A DNA stretch of 64,000 nt from Octopus sinensis (lineage: Eukaryota): NCBI RefSeq assembly GCF_006345805.1, contig NC_043021.1, positions 22,506,001 to 22,570,000 of the forward strand. The letters are read 5' to 3'. Within the stretch, counting starts at the first letter, position 1, and every line of letters begins with the position of its first letter. Made by a program: the position numbers and the translations under genes. A model generated the notes under the pieces. It was given only the letters and a program-made list of their open reading frames with translations, had not been told where the DNA came from and ran no database searches. Positions 25,805 to 38,184 of the stretch are shown here, piece by piece.

Positions 25805-26175
25805 TTCCTGTGATTGCAATCACCTCCCATGATAGGCAATGTGGAACCCGATGGAATTTGAACTCCGAAAGTACAGGTTCGAATAAATGCCTATTTCTTT
25901 ACTACCCACAAAGGGCTAAACACAGAGGGGACAAACAAGGACAGACACATGGATTAAGTCAATTACATCATTCCCAGGGCATATCGGGTACTTAATTTAT
26001 CGACCCCGAAAGGATGAAATGAAAGGCAAAGTCGACCACAGCGGAATTTGAACTCAGAACGTAACGGCAGACGAATTACGGCTACGCATTTCACCCGGCG
26101 TGCTAACGATTCTGCCAGCTCGCCGCCAGGCATATTGACTAACGCTCCAACGATTATAGCAATTAACTATCCGGA
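25805..26175 (-). mobile_element. Young full-length SINE family A (25890-26127) nested in an older diverged family A copy
   Basis: Young copy runs from cctatttcttt to ctgccagctcgccgcc; diverged head at 26128-26175 and diverged B-box/core at 25805-25889. Confidence 0.8.
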
Positions 26176-26697
26176 AATTTAAGAGTAGTTTTTAAAATTC
26201 TCGCAAGGCAATTAATTTTGAGCAAGGGTGAAATCTATTAAATTGAAACCAATGCTTGGCTGGTACGTATATCACCAGCCCGACCTCTCAATGGTATTAA
26301 TAATACTGACTCTTGTCATACGACGCTCACCTTTCCGCCTTTTATTATAGATTTTCTCACATTAGCGAAAGGTCAACACATTTGAAGAAGAAATTATACA
26401 GTCGATTGTTATTGGAATTCGTTTCGCTATGTTAGTCAGTCGGCAGATTATTTCTACTATTTTTACAAGTTTGCACATTATGATGTCTTAAATTAGTAGA
26501 AATCGGCAATTTTGTAACTGGGATCGGTAAAATTGATTAAATCGATTTCAGTGCAGCCTGCAAACTAATTCAATCGAACGATCATTGATAAAAATGCAAA
26601 GTCAACGCAATTCAAATATTTAATATGGAATTGCAGTTTTTCTGTTACACTCGAGTTCCTTCCCAGTTTTCCCTCGTTTCTAATCATATCGCAAATA

Positions 26698-26942
26698 TAT
26701 TTCTTTATTGCCCACAAGGGACTAAACATAGAGGGGACAAACAAAGGTATTAAGTCGATTACATCGACCCCAGTGCGTAACTGGTACTTAATACATCGAC
26801 CCCGAAAGGATGAGAGGCAAAGTCGACCTCGGTGGAATTTGATCTCAGAATGTAATTTCTTTAGGGCAGACGAAATACCGCTAAGCATCTCGCCCGACGT
26901 GCTAACGCTTCTGCCAGCTCGCCGCCTCTCTGCCAGCTCGCC
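26698..26942 (-). mobile_element. SINE family A, full length, with duplicated 5' tip
   Basis: Typical body; ctgccagctcgcc occurs twice at about 26911-26942. Confidence 0.93.
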
Positions 26943-27456
26943 AACGAGGAAGTAGCTACATTTCTAATCGTGACCCGCTAAAAATAGCGGCTAAATCTTT
27001 CTCACATCACGAAGATTTCAATGTAATTTGGACACCTTGAATAATGTAACCTCTCGACATGTTTAGTCTTAGAACGGAAGTTACGGCCACAGCTAGGATG
27101 TCTTAGATGCGTAGTCTGTACCGCCAAGAATTCCCGAGTAATAAGCACATTTCTCTACAGATTAGAATGCAATGCTTGTAACATGAAGAGACAATCTGCC
27201 AGGAAATTTATCGAGGCGTGCAAAGCATTATATTGATTTGATAACCTGTGAATGCTACGAGTCAATATATGATAATCAAAAGTTACTTGTGACATCTTGG
27301 AAAACCCTAACCATAATAACACACCCCAATGCTATATTCAGGTTGAAATTTCCCAGATAAATATTGATGAGAAATGAAATCGTTAAGTCCTCTTCTATAA
27401 TATGTATACTGCATTGAGATGGCTAGACTATGCTCACACATCTATTTTTATCTAGA

Positions 27457-27843
27457 ACTAGCAGTATCGCCTGGCGTTGCTCGGGTTTGTAAGGGAAATA
27501 ACTATATAAGCATTTTTAGAGATTTTTAAAGTATAATAACCGTCTCAATATGGCTAACCACCAAGGGGGGTGTTACTGTAGCTTTTTACGTTCTGAGATT
27601 TAATAATACATTTTTAGATAGTTACTTCCCTTATATAATAGCAAAAAATGCAATAAAAATGGGGAAAAATGATGGTAATTTTTTTTTTAAATCCTAGACG
27701 CGCGCTAATACCCATAATGGCTCGATATGAATCACGACTATAAGATACCCGCTTTTGGTTACACTGCACCGCAAAATGTGAGAGTAGTTAGGAATCTAAA
27801 TCGTAGGAGACAGACACACAACTTGACTTTTATATATAAAGAT
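27457..27843 (+). mobile_element. Non-autonomous Helitron/Helentron-like element (~390 bp)
   Basis: 5' actagcagtatcgcctggcgttgctcgggtttg (GC-rich hairpin-like start); 3' gagacagacacacaacttgacttttatatataaagat; no ORF or TSD. Architecture resembles Lep1/DINE-1-type elements. Confidence 0.5.
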
Positions 27844-28369
27844 TAACTACGTGCAAGAGATCTCTGGAACTAATTTTTTTTTTATCTAAGTGTGTTTAAG
27901 GCGTTGACAGAATAGATAGCTATTAAGGGACATATATAAAACGCCAAATAAAGATAAGTCCATTTGCTTATTTTGTAAAGGAGATTCATATTTTGCAGAT
28001 GGCAGACAGTTTTATGTTGGGCAGAAAAAATAAATGATTCGGAGAATGGTGTAATGGAATGACTTTGAACATAAGTTTATCCCTTTTGATCTGCGACATT
28101 ATTTCATCTTTTTTTCCAAACATGCCTTCAGTCAAATATCTCCTTGAAATACCTTAAAAATGACGACGACGACGACATAGAAAAATCTCCAGATTTGTAA
28201 ACTGTGGAATGGAGATTCAGGAATATTTCACGTTTTTTTTTTACTAGAAAGTGGAGGACACTGTATAAGCGTAGTCGTTATCCCACTCCGTATGGATAAA
28301 CTGTGAATTGGTAGAAATGTTACAGCATTGACAAGAATGATATTCACGTTATTTGGAGCAATTCTATAC

Positions 28370-28541
28370 GTCATGGTTTCAAATCTCACCCAACCTTAAC
28401 TTTGCCCTTTATCCTTCTGGTGTCGATAAAAGCTACGGCTACATACAGATTCGCAGAACTGTGAGAATTTCCAGCAGGATGCTTATAGTATTTATGGTTC
28501 TTTACTTTCTAAATTCAAATTTTGCGTTGCTGACTTTGAAG
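28370..28541 (+). mobile_element. Degenerate SINE family A fragments
   Basis: ttcaaatctcacccaaccttaactttgccctttatccttctggtgtcgataaaa and ttcaaattttgcgttgctgactttg. Confidence 0.6.
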
Positions 28542-28989
28542 GTAAGCTTTTTTCTGTCGCGTTACTTGTAACCTTAACCTCGTGACACCGCGGGTGAGTT
28601 TAACAGTCCCTTCTTTTTAAAATGTTCGGGCCAGCTACCTGTCAAATATATTTCTGTCCCCTTCGGACCGGTCTCGTTTGCCACGGTAAAAGGGTCAATA
28701 GCGTTGCTTTCCCTCTGGACTAACAGAAATACAATTCTTAGTTCGTGGTGGATTTCTTGATATTTTACAACGTGAAAGGTTTTGGGAACGTGAGGGAAAA
28801 CTCGTAAACGAAGATGTGTCAAGTTAATTAAATCGATAGATTTACATTGCAATCATGAGATTTTAGCAAAGCCAATATTATTGATTAACAGATCTCAGGA
28901 GAATGTATGTAGGAATGTCTGCTTGTCAGTATGAGCGTCTGTCTTAATGTCTGTCTGTCAATGTATAAATGTAAATAGGTAGGTAGGCA

Positions 28990-29024
28990 TCAGTAAGATG
29001 TACGTGTGTATGTGCGGTTTTGTG

Positions 29025-29091
<67 letters not shown>

Positions 29092-29326
29092 GCATATAAG
29101 TATATATTTATATATATGTATATAAGAATGTATTTATATATATATATATGCATATAAGAATGTATTTATATATATATATGCATATAAGAATGTATATATA
29201 TATATATTATACATATAAACATATATATATATATATATACATATAAGAATATATATATATATATATACATATAAGAATATATATATATATACATATAAGA
29301 ATATATATATATATATGCATATAAGA

Positions 29327-29370
<44 letters not shown>
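28990..29370. repeat. (AT)n block with ~22-32-bp higher-order units (catataagaat(g)tat...)
   Basis: catataagaa recurs about 7 times between (TA)n runs. Confidence 0.9.
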
Positions 29371-29373
<3 letters not shown>

Positions 29374-29874
29374 CACAGAAATATATTTGTATCAAAGAAT
29401 GTAGGTATACTGTTAACTTTTTGCGTATTTGGATGTATATTTATGAATATAAGTAGAGGTCATAAAAATATAGGCATAAAAACATTCAGTCAAGCAAAAT
29501 AATTCGAGTCACGCTTACATATATACACCCATTCAATCACATCAACACACACACAGAAACTCTTTTACCTAATTATATAACATATACACACGAACAGACA
29601 CATAGACGCGTGTTTGTGTATGATATGGTAGGGGAATATATATATATATATATGTGTGTGGATATATATATATGTATGTATGTATGTATATATTCTCCTA
29701 CCAAACAACTGATAGAACATCAACTGCACTCGTGCACACACGCACACACACATTTATACACACTCATTCAGACGCAAGTATAAATATTTTCACGAACATC
29801 AACATAACATTAATATGTCCCTCCTTACAAGCCACGTAGACCGTGCACGCGCGCGCACACACACACACACGCGT

Positions 29875-29912
<38 letters not shown>

Positions 29913-30883
29913 ATACACTCACATACACACATACACTAAAACGAACTTGATTCTACTCCCTGGACGCTCATAAATACATTAACTATGCAAAAAGTCAAAT
30001 AATTACTCACCAGAAATTGGTTTTCGTTTGTGTGTGACTTTAATAATATATAAGAAGATAAGGTTTTATACGTGTTAAGTACACCAGGGGAATATTGTAG
30101 GCAAATAGAAATATACATACCTATAACGAACGAAGAAAAGTATAAAAAAATATTTGATATTAATTTCTTCTATTTATGTCCCGTTATCTGTTACATTATA
30201 AAAAAAAAAAACGTGTTTGTTGGAATTAATCGGGAGTGTCTATGCGTAGTTATTTTTTTTTATGTAAACAAGCACGCACTAAGTCTTTTGACAGAATTAA
30301 AAGCTAATATCCGTTTCGCTAGGGATCAAGTTTAGACTAGCAAGTTTCTGCTATATAAGTAGCATTAGAAGTAAAAAGTACGATAGGGAAAATATGTGAG
30401 AGTAGAAACTTGTTTTGTATGATCTCAAACTAAAAGCTGAGAGTGTTGTTTCTTATTGATCTGGGAATCAGGTTTATTTGCGTATTATCAAACTAATCTT
30501 TAAGGCTAGACTCTGTTTGCCTGACTGCTTATTGAGGTTTATTTTTCGTGTATTTGTCACATAAACACCGCAACGTTGTCTCGGGAAATGTACATATTCA
30601 GGATAGTATTTTGAGAGAAACAAGAAACCAATACCGAAATATATGGAGGCTATATATTTCAGGAAAGAAAATACGGTGATATTGTTCATTTAGCGATGGT
30701 GGGATTGGGGAGAATTGACGTAACGAAATTTTAGGGCAGGCTAAATAACATACGCCTTCGCATTTTCACCTAACAGCGAACAGTTAATAATTACAGGTTA
30801 GATTTGTAACAGATTTCGTAATCAGAAGTTATAGAATGATGACATTCTAAGAATAAAGATACTTCACGAGATTGATATTGATA

Positions 30884-30889
<6 letters not shown>

Positions 30890-30928
<39 letters not shown>

Positions 30929-31344
30929 ATGTGTGTGTTTATATATGTGTGTGTGTGTGTGTGCCAAAATCTGAAAACAATAATAATAATCCTTTCTGCT
31001 ATAGACACAAGTTCTGAAATTGGTGGGACTTGTCGATTTTATCGACGCCGAAATGGTGGAAGGCAAAGTCACACACACACACAACACACACACACGTGTG
31101 TGTATATGTTATATATATATATATTATATATATATATATATAATATATATATATATGTATGTATATGTGTGTGTATATATATGTGTGTGTGTGTGTGCCA
31201 AAATCTGAAAACAATAATAATAATCCTTTCTGCTATAGACACAAGTTCTGAAATTGGTGGGACTTGTCGATTTTATCGACGCCGAAATGGTGGAAGGCAA
31301 AGTCACACACACACACCACACACACACACACGTGTGTGTATATG

Positions 31345-31385
<41 letters not shown>
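30890..31385. repeat. 234-bp tandem duplication of a SINE fragment with flanking microsatellites
   Basis: The unique core gtgccaaaatctg...aggcaaagtc is identical at 30961-31070 and 31195-31304 (minus-strand family A variant fragment). Confidence 0.95.
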
Positions 31386-31387
<2 letters not shown>

Positions 31388-31388
<1 letters not shown>

Positions 31389-31545
31389 GACGGGTTTCTT
31401 TCATGTTCCGTCTACCAAATCCACTCACAAGGCTCTGGTCGGCTTGAGGCTATCGTAGATGACTTTCATCCCAGGTGCCACGCAGCGTGACTGCTGAACC
31501 CAGAACATTGTGGTCGGAAAGCAATCCTGCGCCTTATATACACTA
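31388..31545 (-). mobile_element. SINE family B 5' half
   Basis: acgacgggtttctttcatgttccgtctaccaaatccactcacaaggct...ccaggtgccacgcag. Confidence 0.85.
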
Positions 31546-31701
31546 TTCTTTATAATGGGCGTAAACTTCCTCGGTGCCCGAAGGGTTGAATGTTTTGTAG
31601 GTAACACTGGCAAATGGCATACTGGAATGTATTGAAACAGGAATCGTTGATGTAATTCTTGGGCTATGAATTATATATTTCTAAAGTATACAGTAACACA
31701 A

Positions 31702-31733
<32 letters not shown>

Positions 31734-32531
31734 GTGTACGCACATCACTTGTATGTGTTAGCGTATGTGAACATTCAATTTAAGCATCAGCTTCATTAAT
31801 TATCGCTGACATAGGCACGGAATTATTACATGTTATTTAATTACGAGTTTACTCCTGTTAATATTACTACAATCAAATCTTCAGAACTAGTGTTATGAAA
31901 TCTAACGTAGACCTGTTAATACAATTAATATAACATTCACCTTCATCTTGAAGCTGCAGTTAAACATTTATTTTGGTTGAGGACAGCGACCTAATTCTAC
32001 ATAAACTCTACAGCATAACGTATGTCTGGCATCGGTGCATATTAATGCGTTTCATATATAACGGTTAGGGGTCATCGTCTCACATATGAGTGATGTGTTC
32101 TTTGGTGTTAGTAATATCATCTGCGCCAAAGACGCAAATATGACTAGATATCCATTGCTGGTTCTATGCTGCATTACATTACTGGAAGAGATTTGGTAGA
32201 TACCAACGGTGATTTATTTCTTGCAGACCAGAATTTCGCAGGTGGTTTGTCGTATCGTCGATAGCCGGATGAAAAGAAAGATTGCTTCTTTGAGCGTGAA
32301 TTTTACTCAGTGCGCAATGTGTCGAAAGCAAATATCGCAATAAAACATTATAAACTCGTTAACGATACTTTGAGACTTGTAGCTGCGTCTCTATATATAA
32401 GTAGGTGTATACAACATGCATGCAGGTATATAGATATATATATGTGTCGGTGCAAGTGTGTATAGGTCATTATATATTGCTAGATAGATAGGTGCGTATG
32501 TTTACAAACACATGTGTATTTATATGGTTGC

Positions 32532-32580
<49 letters not shown>

Positions 32581-32609
32581 CAGAAATTCCTCTCACTCTT
32601 TCTTCCTGT

Positions 32610-32935
32610 TTATACTGTACCTGCATTTGAAAGGGACAGCTTTGTCACACTCTGTGTCACGCTGAATCACCCCGAGAACTACGTTATATATATACATAGT
32701 CTGTGTATATGAAACAAATAAGAGAATATGTATATGTGTGCCTCTGTGTCTGTATTTGTTCCCTATCAATTCCTGTCAACCGGGGCTGGTGTGTTTACAT
32801 ACCTGTAACTTAGCAGTTCGGCAAATAAGGCCCACGCTTAAAACATACGCACTGGTATCGATTCATTGGACTAAAAGTTCTTCAAGGCTGTGCCCCAGCA
32901 TGGGCACAGTTTAATGAATGAAAGCAAATGCTACA
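32610..32935 (+). mobile_element. SINE family C 3' fragment (32610-32690) followed by SINE family B 3' half (32735-32935)
   Basis: ctttgtcacactctgtgtcacgctgaatcaccccgagaactacgtta; gtgtttacatacctgtaacttagcagttcggcaa; gccccagcatgggcacagtttaatgaatgaa. Confidence 0.7.
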
Positions 32936-34334
32936 TAAAGAACAATGCTCGTGCAGATGATTGAAAATATATAAAAACAATTCAATATTCAGTAAAATAT
33001 TATTTCAATCAATCCGGAGCGTCACTGCATGGTCTACATAGAATATTAATTCAGCTGATAGATGTGAAAAGAACGCTTTTTCTAAATACAATGCGGAACT
33101 TAACAGGGTTCGAACTGTCACACTGTGCTTTTCATTGAACATTAATCAATTACTTCTTCCTCATAAAGGAAATAAATGTGAAATATTCTATGTAACAGAA
33201 AAAAGAATGATATGCCGTGCGGTGATATGAAAATCAAAATGTGCATTCATACATACGTACATACATACGTACATACACACTTATATATATGTAAATGAAA
33301 ATGCTTATATTGCATCTGTATGTATATTATGTGAGTACCTAAATGTGTATGTATTTGGAAATATGTTTGTGTCATATATATATATAAATATGTATACTAT
33401 AACTATGCACTTATATGTATACAATAATATACTCAAACATATTTCCAGAGATATGAATAAACGTACGCATATATATGTATATATAGATATAATTGTATAC
33501 ACACACACATATGCAAAAACACAGAGAAATATATTGCATCACAGCAATCCGTTATTTTAAATCCATGTGCGTGTGTGCGCTGTGGCTGTAGGTATATATA
33601 TATATATATATACACACTAGTAACTCGTCAAATTAATATAATTCAATAAATGGAAGTTATTTAATTAATTTCATTTCATTTCGTAAAAGTGTCTTGAATA
33701 GTTGCAACAGTCCAAATTCTTTTGTTCTTGTTTAGAATTCTATTGACACTTTAGAATATTTTCCAATATCTGAAGTATCTTCAAACAAACAAATTACAAC
33801 TGCTAAGATTTTATATTGCAGCTCCACTTAATGTGCAGGTTACATTAACTTGCCCTACAGTCAAACAATTTTAGCAACACATAAATATATCAAGTTATTA
33901 CGATTAAGACTTCATTTGAAATCTACCTGTTTACCAGTTCTGCTAGAAATAGCAACCCTAACACACAGCGCATAACATACAACGCGCTAGCCTTTTCAGA
34001 GGCTGCTGTCGCAGTTTCCTTGCTTGTGATTAGAGTTTGAAATAGCAGCTTTTATTATAACTGTTAAAAGAAACATTAATAAAGTGTGCCTGTGTATGTC
34101 ACATTCCATAAATTTGTTCTCTGACGAATATTGTAATATGGTTTGGCAAATAACTCGTGTGGACTGTGATGATATTTCTTCTGGATTAAGCGTTGCTAAT
34201 GCTTAAAATACACCAAAAAATTGTTTATCGTTGCTTTCAAACTGTCATGTTTTCAATTGAATGCTGTTGCGACTCTTCGTTGTTGCGTTAATATAATTGA
34301 TCTCGTATTTATATATAATCTGTAAACACTTGCA

Positions 34335-34470
34335 TAGGCGCAGACGTGTGTGTCGTAAGATCTTTGTTTCTCAACCATATGGTTCCAGAATCGGTTCTGC
34401 CATGCGGCATCATTACCAAAGTTTTTGTGAATGGATATATAAAACGTAAACTGAAAGAAGGCACTGTGAC
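34335..34470 (+). mobile_element. Degenerate SINE family B 5' half
   Basis: cataggcgcagacgtgtgtgtcgtaag...caaccatatggttccag...aaactgaaagaaggcactgtg. Confidence 0.6.
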
Positions 34471-34604
34471 TGTGTGTATACGTGCATATACCGTGGTCCT
34501 TAATGAAAACATCGGTATTCTGATACGATAATGAAGACACCATCGCTAAAATATGTTATATTTAATTTAAATCGCATGTATGAATTGAAATTATGTAGAT
34601 TAAG

Positions 34605-34825
34605 AAAAGTGGCGAGCTGGCAGAGTCGTTAGCACGCCGGGCACAATGCTTAACGGCATTTCAACCATCGCTATGTTCTGAGTTCAAATTCCACCTAGGT
34701 TGGCTTTGCCTTTAATCCTTGCGGGCTCGATAAATGAAGTACTAATGAAATACTGTGGTTCAATGTAATCGACTAAACCCCTCCCCGCAAATTTCAGGCC
34801 TTGTGCCTTTACTAGAAAGGATTAT
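34605..34825 (+). mobile_element. SINE family A variant with alternative 3' tail
   Basis: ggcgagctggcagagtcgttagcacgccggg head; tail aaatttcaggccttgtgcctttactagaaaggattat. Confidence 0.9.
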
Positions 34826-35324
34826 GTAGATTGACTTGTCACTGACCTCAGTTTAGAAAGACCAACACTCCTTGGTGTTTGGTGAGTCGATGAGAAGGTG
34901 TATTGTAATAGGGACTGTAATGTTAGGTGCAGTTTTTGTGGAACTGGTATTCTTGGTATATAGTCAGACTTTGTAAACGTTAGGCGACGTAATTTAAGAA
35001 GGTAAGACAATATCACCTACTCGCACATTTAAACGTGTATATGCATATACACCTATAAAGGTCTAATACAGGTACAGGGCCTGAAATGTTTGGGGTTAGT
35101 GTAGTCTATGACATTAAGGCAAGTACTAGGCTCGTACTTGTTTTGTCGGCCCCGAAAAGCTGACAGGCAAAGCTGACTTCGACTAAATTTGAACCCACCC
35201 TAAATCCTCAGAAACGCCGATTTGTTTAGTGTGCTATCAATGCCTTTTGACCCCCGCCTTGATATACGCGTATGAAACTATCTCAGACTTATGCTTAAGA
35301 TAACAGTAATATAATATTACTTTA

Positions 35325-35554
35325 TTTATCTCAGCCATTTGACTGAGGCCACGGTGGAGCACCGCCTTTAGTCGAACAAATAGACTCCAGTATTTATTCT
35401 TTGGAAACTTAGAACTAATCCTATCGGTCAGTCTTGCCGAACCGCTAAGTTACCGGCACCTAAACACACTAACATCTGCTTTCAAGCGATGGTAGGGGCA
35501 AACACAGCACACACATACACACACACACACACCACACACACACACATTTATATA

Positions 35555-35594
<40 letters not shown>

Positions 35595-35790
35595 CATACA
35601 TACATACATACATACATACATACATACATACATACACGACGGCCTTTTTTCGGTTTTCCGTCCACCAAATCTACTAACAAGGGTTTGGTCATCCCGAGGC
35701 TATAGTAGAAAACACCCACCCAAGGTGACACGCAGTGGAACTGAACCCGGACCCATGTGGTTGGTAATCTAGCTACTATCCACACAACCA
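35325..35790 (-). mobile_element. SINE family B, near full length with expanded internal microsatellite
   Basis: 5' half at 35636-35790 (ccaaggtgacacgcagtggaactgaacc), (CA)n/(TA)n/(TACA)n at 35505-35635, 3' half at 35325-35500. Confidence 0.85.
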
Positions 35791-36429
35791 TTTCTGGCCT
35801 CATAGTCACTCCTAATGAGCCTCTCTATAAGAAACAAGTTGTAGGAATCTACTTGTTACCTTTGACTCCAAATGTGAGGAGTCTATAAAAATGTTTAGGA
35901 GAATAAAAAAGGTGTACATATTTAAACAAGTCTTCATACGTTTAATTCTCCCCATAGCTAAACGATGGGTTATTTGGAAGTGTTGCACAACATGATAAAT
36001 CATGCCGAAGTGTGACATTGTATCCGGCAATTACTCCAATCATTCCTTTCACCCCCCCCCCGAATCCTTACAAAGCATACACAAGATCCGTTTCTATATT
36101 CCTATGTCTGTTTTGGCGGTAAATAGCTACCTTCACATGTATTAATTTCATGTGATTTCTCTCAATTGCTCCACTCTGTTTTAAATTTATAATGTAGCAC
36201 AATGCCACAGCTCTTAATATTCTAACTTATTGTTAAATCCGTTTCAAGTTCTTGGTGATTATATGCTTTATGTTTGGATGGCTGAAGAACGATAGGTTCA
36301 AAGCTTGTATCCATAAGTTTTATATATGGCAAGACAATGCCACACGCAAACATATATTTCTGTGCAGTTTATATGCTGATGACTTGAATGGTCAATAAAT
36401 AGCATCATATATATTCACGTAGGTGTCTT

Positions 36430-36790
36430 ATCTTTCATTGAGGCATCTGTAATTACTGAACGGCGACCATTTTACTTGGCGCTTTGTATATCGGACTATT
36501 CTCACATCTCATACTTCAGAGGAAATCTGGCTTTACTGGAAAGCACATGAAACGAATATATACTGAACATCTGAATGTTTTAAACTCCGGAGGCGTGGCT
36601 TGTTTTACACCCATGTAATAATTGCTTTCGAAGTTTAGATACTAGAGATATGATTGCCCAACTATAACCTGGAGTATCGTTGATGCGGCAACGAATATAC
36701 TCCAGGAAATTATGTAACCACCGTTTCTCTCTGTCTAAAAAGAAGCATTTCTGAAAGTAAATTGTATTAAGGTGCAATAGGAAATCTGAA
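36430..36790 (+). mobile_element. Penelope-like element GIY-YIG endonuclease remnant (stops and frameshifts)
   Basis: FIEASVIT / LYIGLFSHLILQR (YIG at 36487-36495) / TITWSIVDAA / EYTPGNYVTTVSLCLKRSI follow the PLE order IYxAxVxT..YIGxxxxxxxxR..IxWxIxxxAxxYxPGxxxCxLCLxEK. Confidence 0.7.
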
Positions 36791-37129
36791 AGGATATCTA
36801 AACTTCACCATGGGCCATCCAATCTATTCCGATAATAACAGTATATGGTGATGCAACTGCGCAATATATCTTCTGCATCCAAAAAGAGAAATAATTCGGA
36901 TTCCTTTCGGCAATTGCTGTCGAATTATATGTTTCTACCAATTGCCTTTCTTCCATATTACGTGGAACGAAAGCAGTTTAGAACTAAATATAGACAGAAA
37001 ATAGTGAGAAATAACTGATAACCGTTTTTCTTCAAAATTGCATGTCAGAGGATTCAATTGTATCACATACGCAAAAACTGAAGTGTAGGGACGGAGTACC
37101 TATAGATGATATATAATAGATCGTTAGCC

Positions 37130-37313
37130 ACAACACACATTTTTCTCCCCTTGTTTCTCTCCTTGTTTTTCTGTGTCCCTTTCTGTAGAAGAGCGTAGGC
37201 TCAAAACGTAAAATACTTTTTTCTATTCCTGAACGTTATACTAATACATCTGTTTGTTTTGTACACCACCAGTCTTCGTCTTTTGTTATTTTTTTTCGTA
37301 AACTCTCCCTATA

Positions 37314-37315
<2 letters not shown>
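37130..37315 (+). mobile_element. PLE-type terminal repeat with minimal hammerhead-like motif
   Basis: Motif at 37179-37213; an inverted homologue lies at 38365-38555; followed by (TA)n. Confidence 0.6.
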
Positions 37316-37366
<51 letters not shown>

Positions 37367-38184
37367 TTTTCTTGCACTCGTCACCCACGTCTTACCATAC
37401 CTGCTTGCTCGTGTGAATGGCAGACAATGCAGCAGCTCAGAGATAAGTGAAATGTCTAGGTTTAACGCATACTGTTATTGAAACATAAATATATTCGTTG
37501 GAAGGGAAAACACCATCGCTACTTGTATATGGAATACCAATTACTGTAGGGACATGACATGCAAGTTCAATAATAAAGCGCATCATCACAACATTTTACA
37601 TGTCACCCTAGTGTCTTTCCTCTCTGTTTCTAATGCGAAATTGTCACGCCCACACACACACAAAGATACCACCTCATATTTAGACGTAAATCAGAATTTT
37701 TCCATGGCCTTTCTTATGCAGAGTGTTGGCTATGTTAACGTGGAGACATATATAAATCAATACGTGTACCGAGTGTATACAGACATATCAGCTAATATAG
37801 GCGTGCGTGAGGCTTTGTAAATGCGGCCGTTCAGATTTATTGCGCTTGGAAACTACTTGAAAAGTATTCCCAAGAATATATGGCTAGATTTAATCCTGCG
37901 TGTTATTGTCCATGCGAATGATACTCTTATAGAAATAGACTAGCTACATACATATATAGCTACTGTAGCAGATAAGACTCAAGTTCGCCATTAAAAAACG
38001 CATAAAGGACATTAGCTTAAAACATTTATTTTTAATGCAATGTTTGTAATTTCTATTACAAAGAAATTTTTAAGTGAATTTAGCGCTTTTCGAATGATTT
38101 TGAATGGGTAACTTTTGTCTCGAACAATTGCACTCGCTTTAGTATGAAAATACTTGGTAAGACTTGGAAGTACATTTCCTGTAG

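Noticed and set aside
30872-31447. 191-aa ORF with a repeated KTIIIILSAIDTSSEIGGTCRFYRRRNGG block
   Set aside because: Antisense SINE fragment duplicated between microsatellites.
33824-33875. APLNVQVTLT peptide resembling a fibronectin type III start
   Set aside because: In-frame stop after 17 codons and no further FN3 residues.
36373-36406. CTGATGA followed by a small stem, as a hammerhead
   Set aside because: No GAAA box (TAAA), and the pairing overlaps the core; a plain hairpin.
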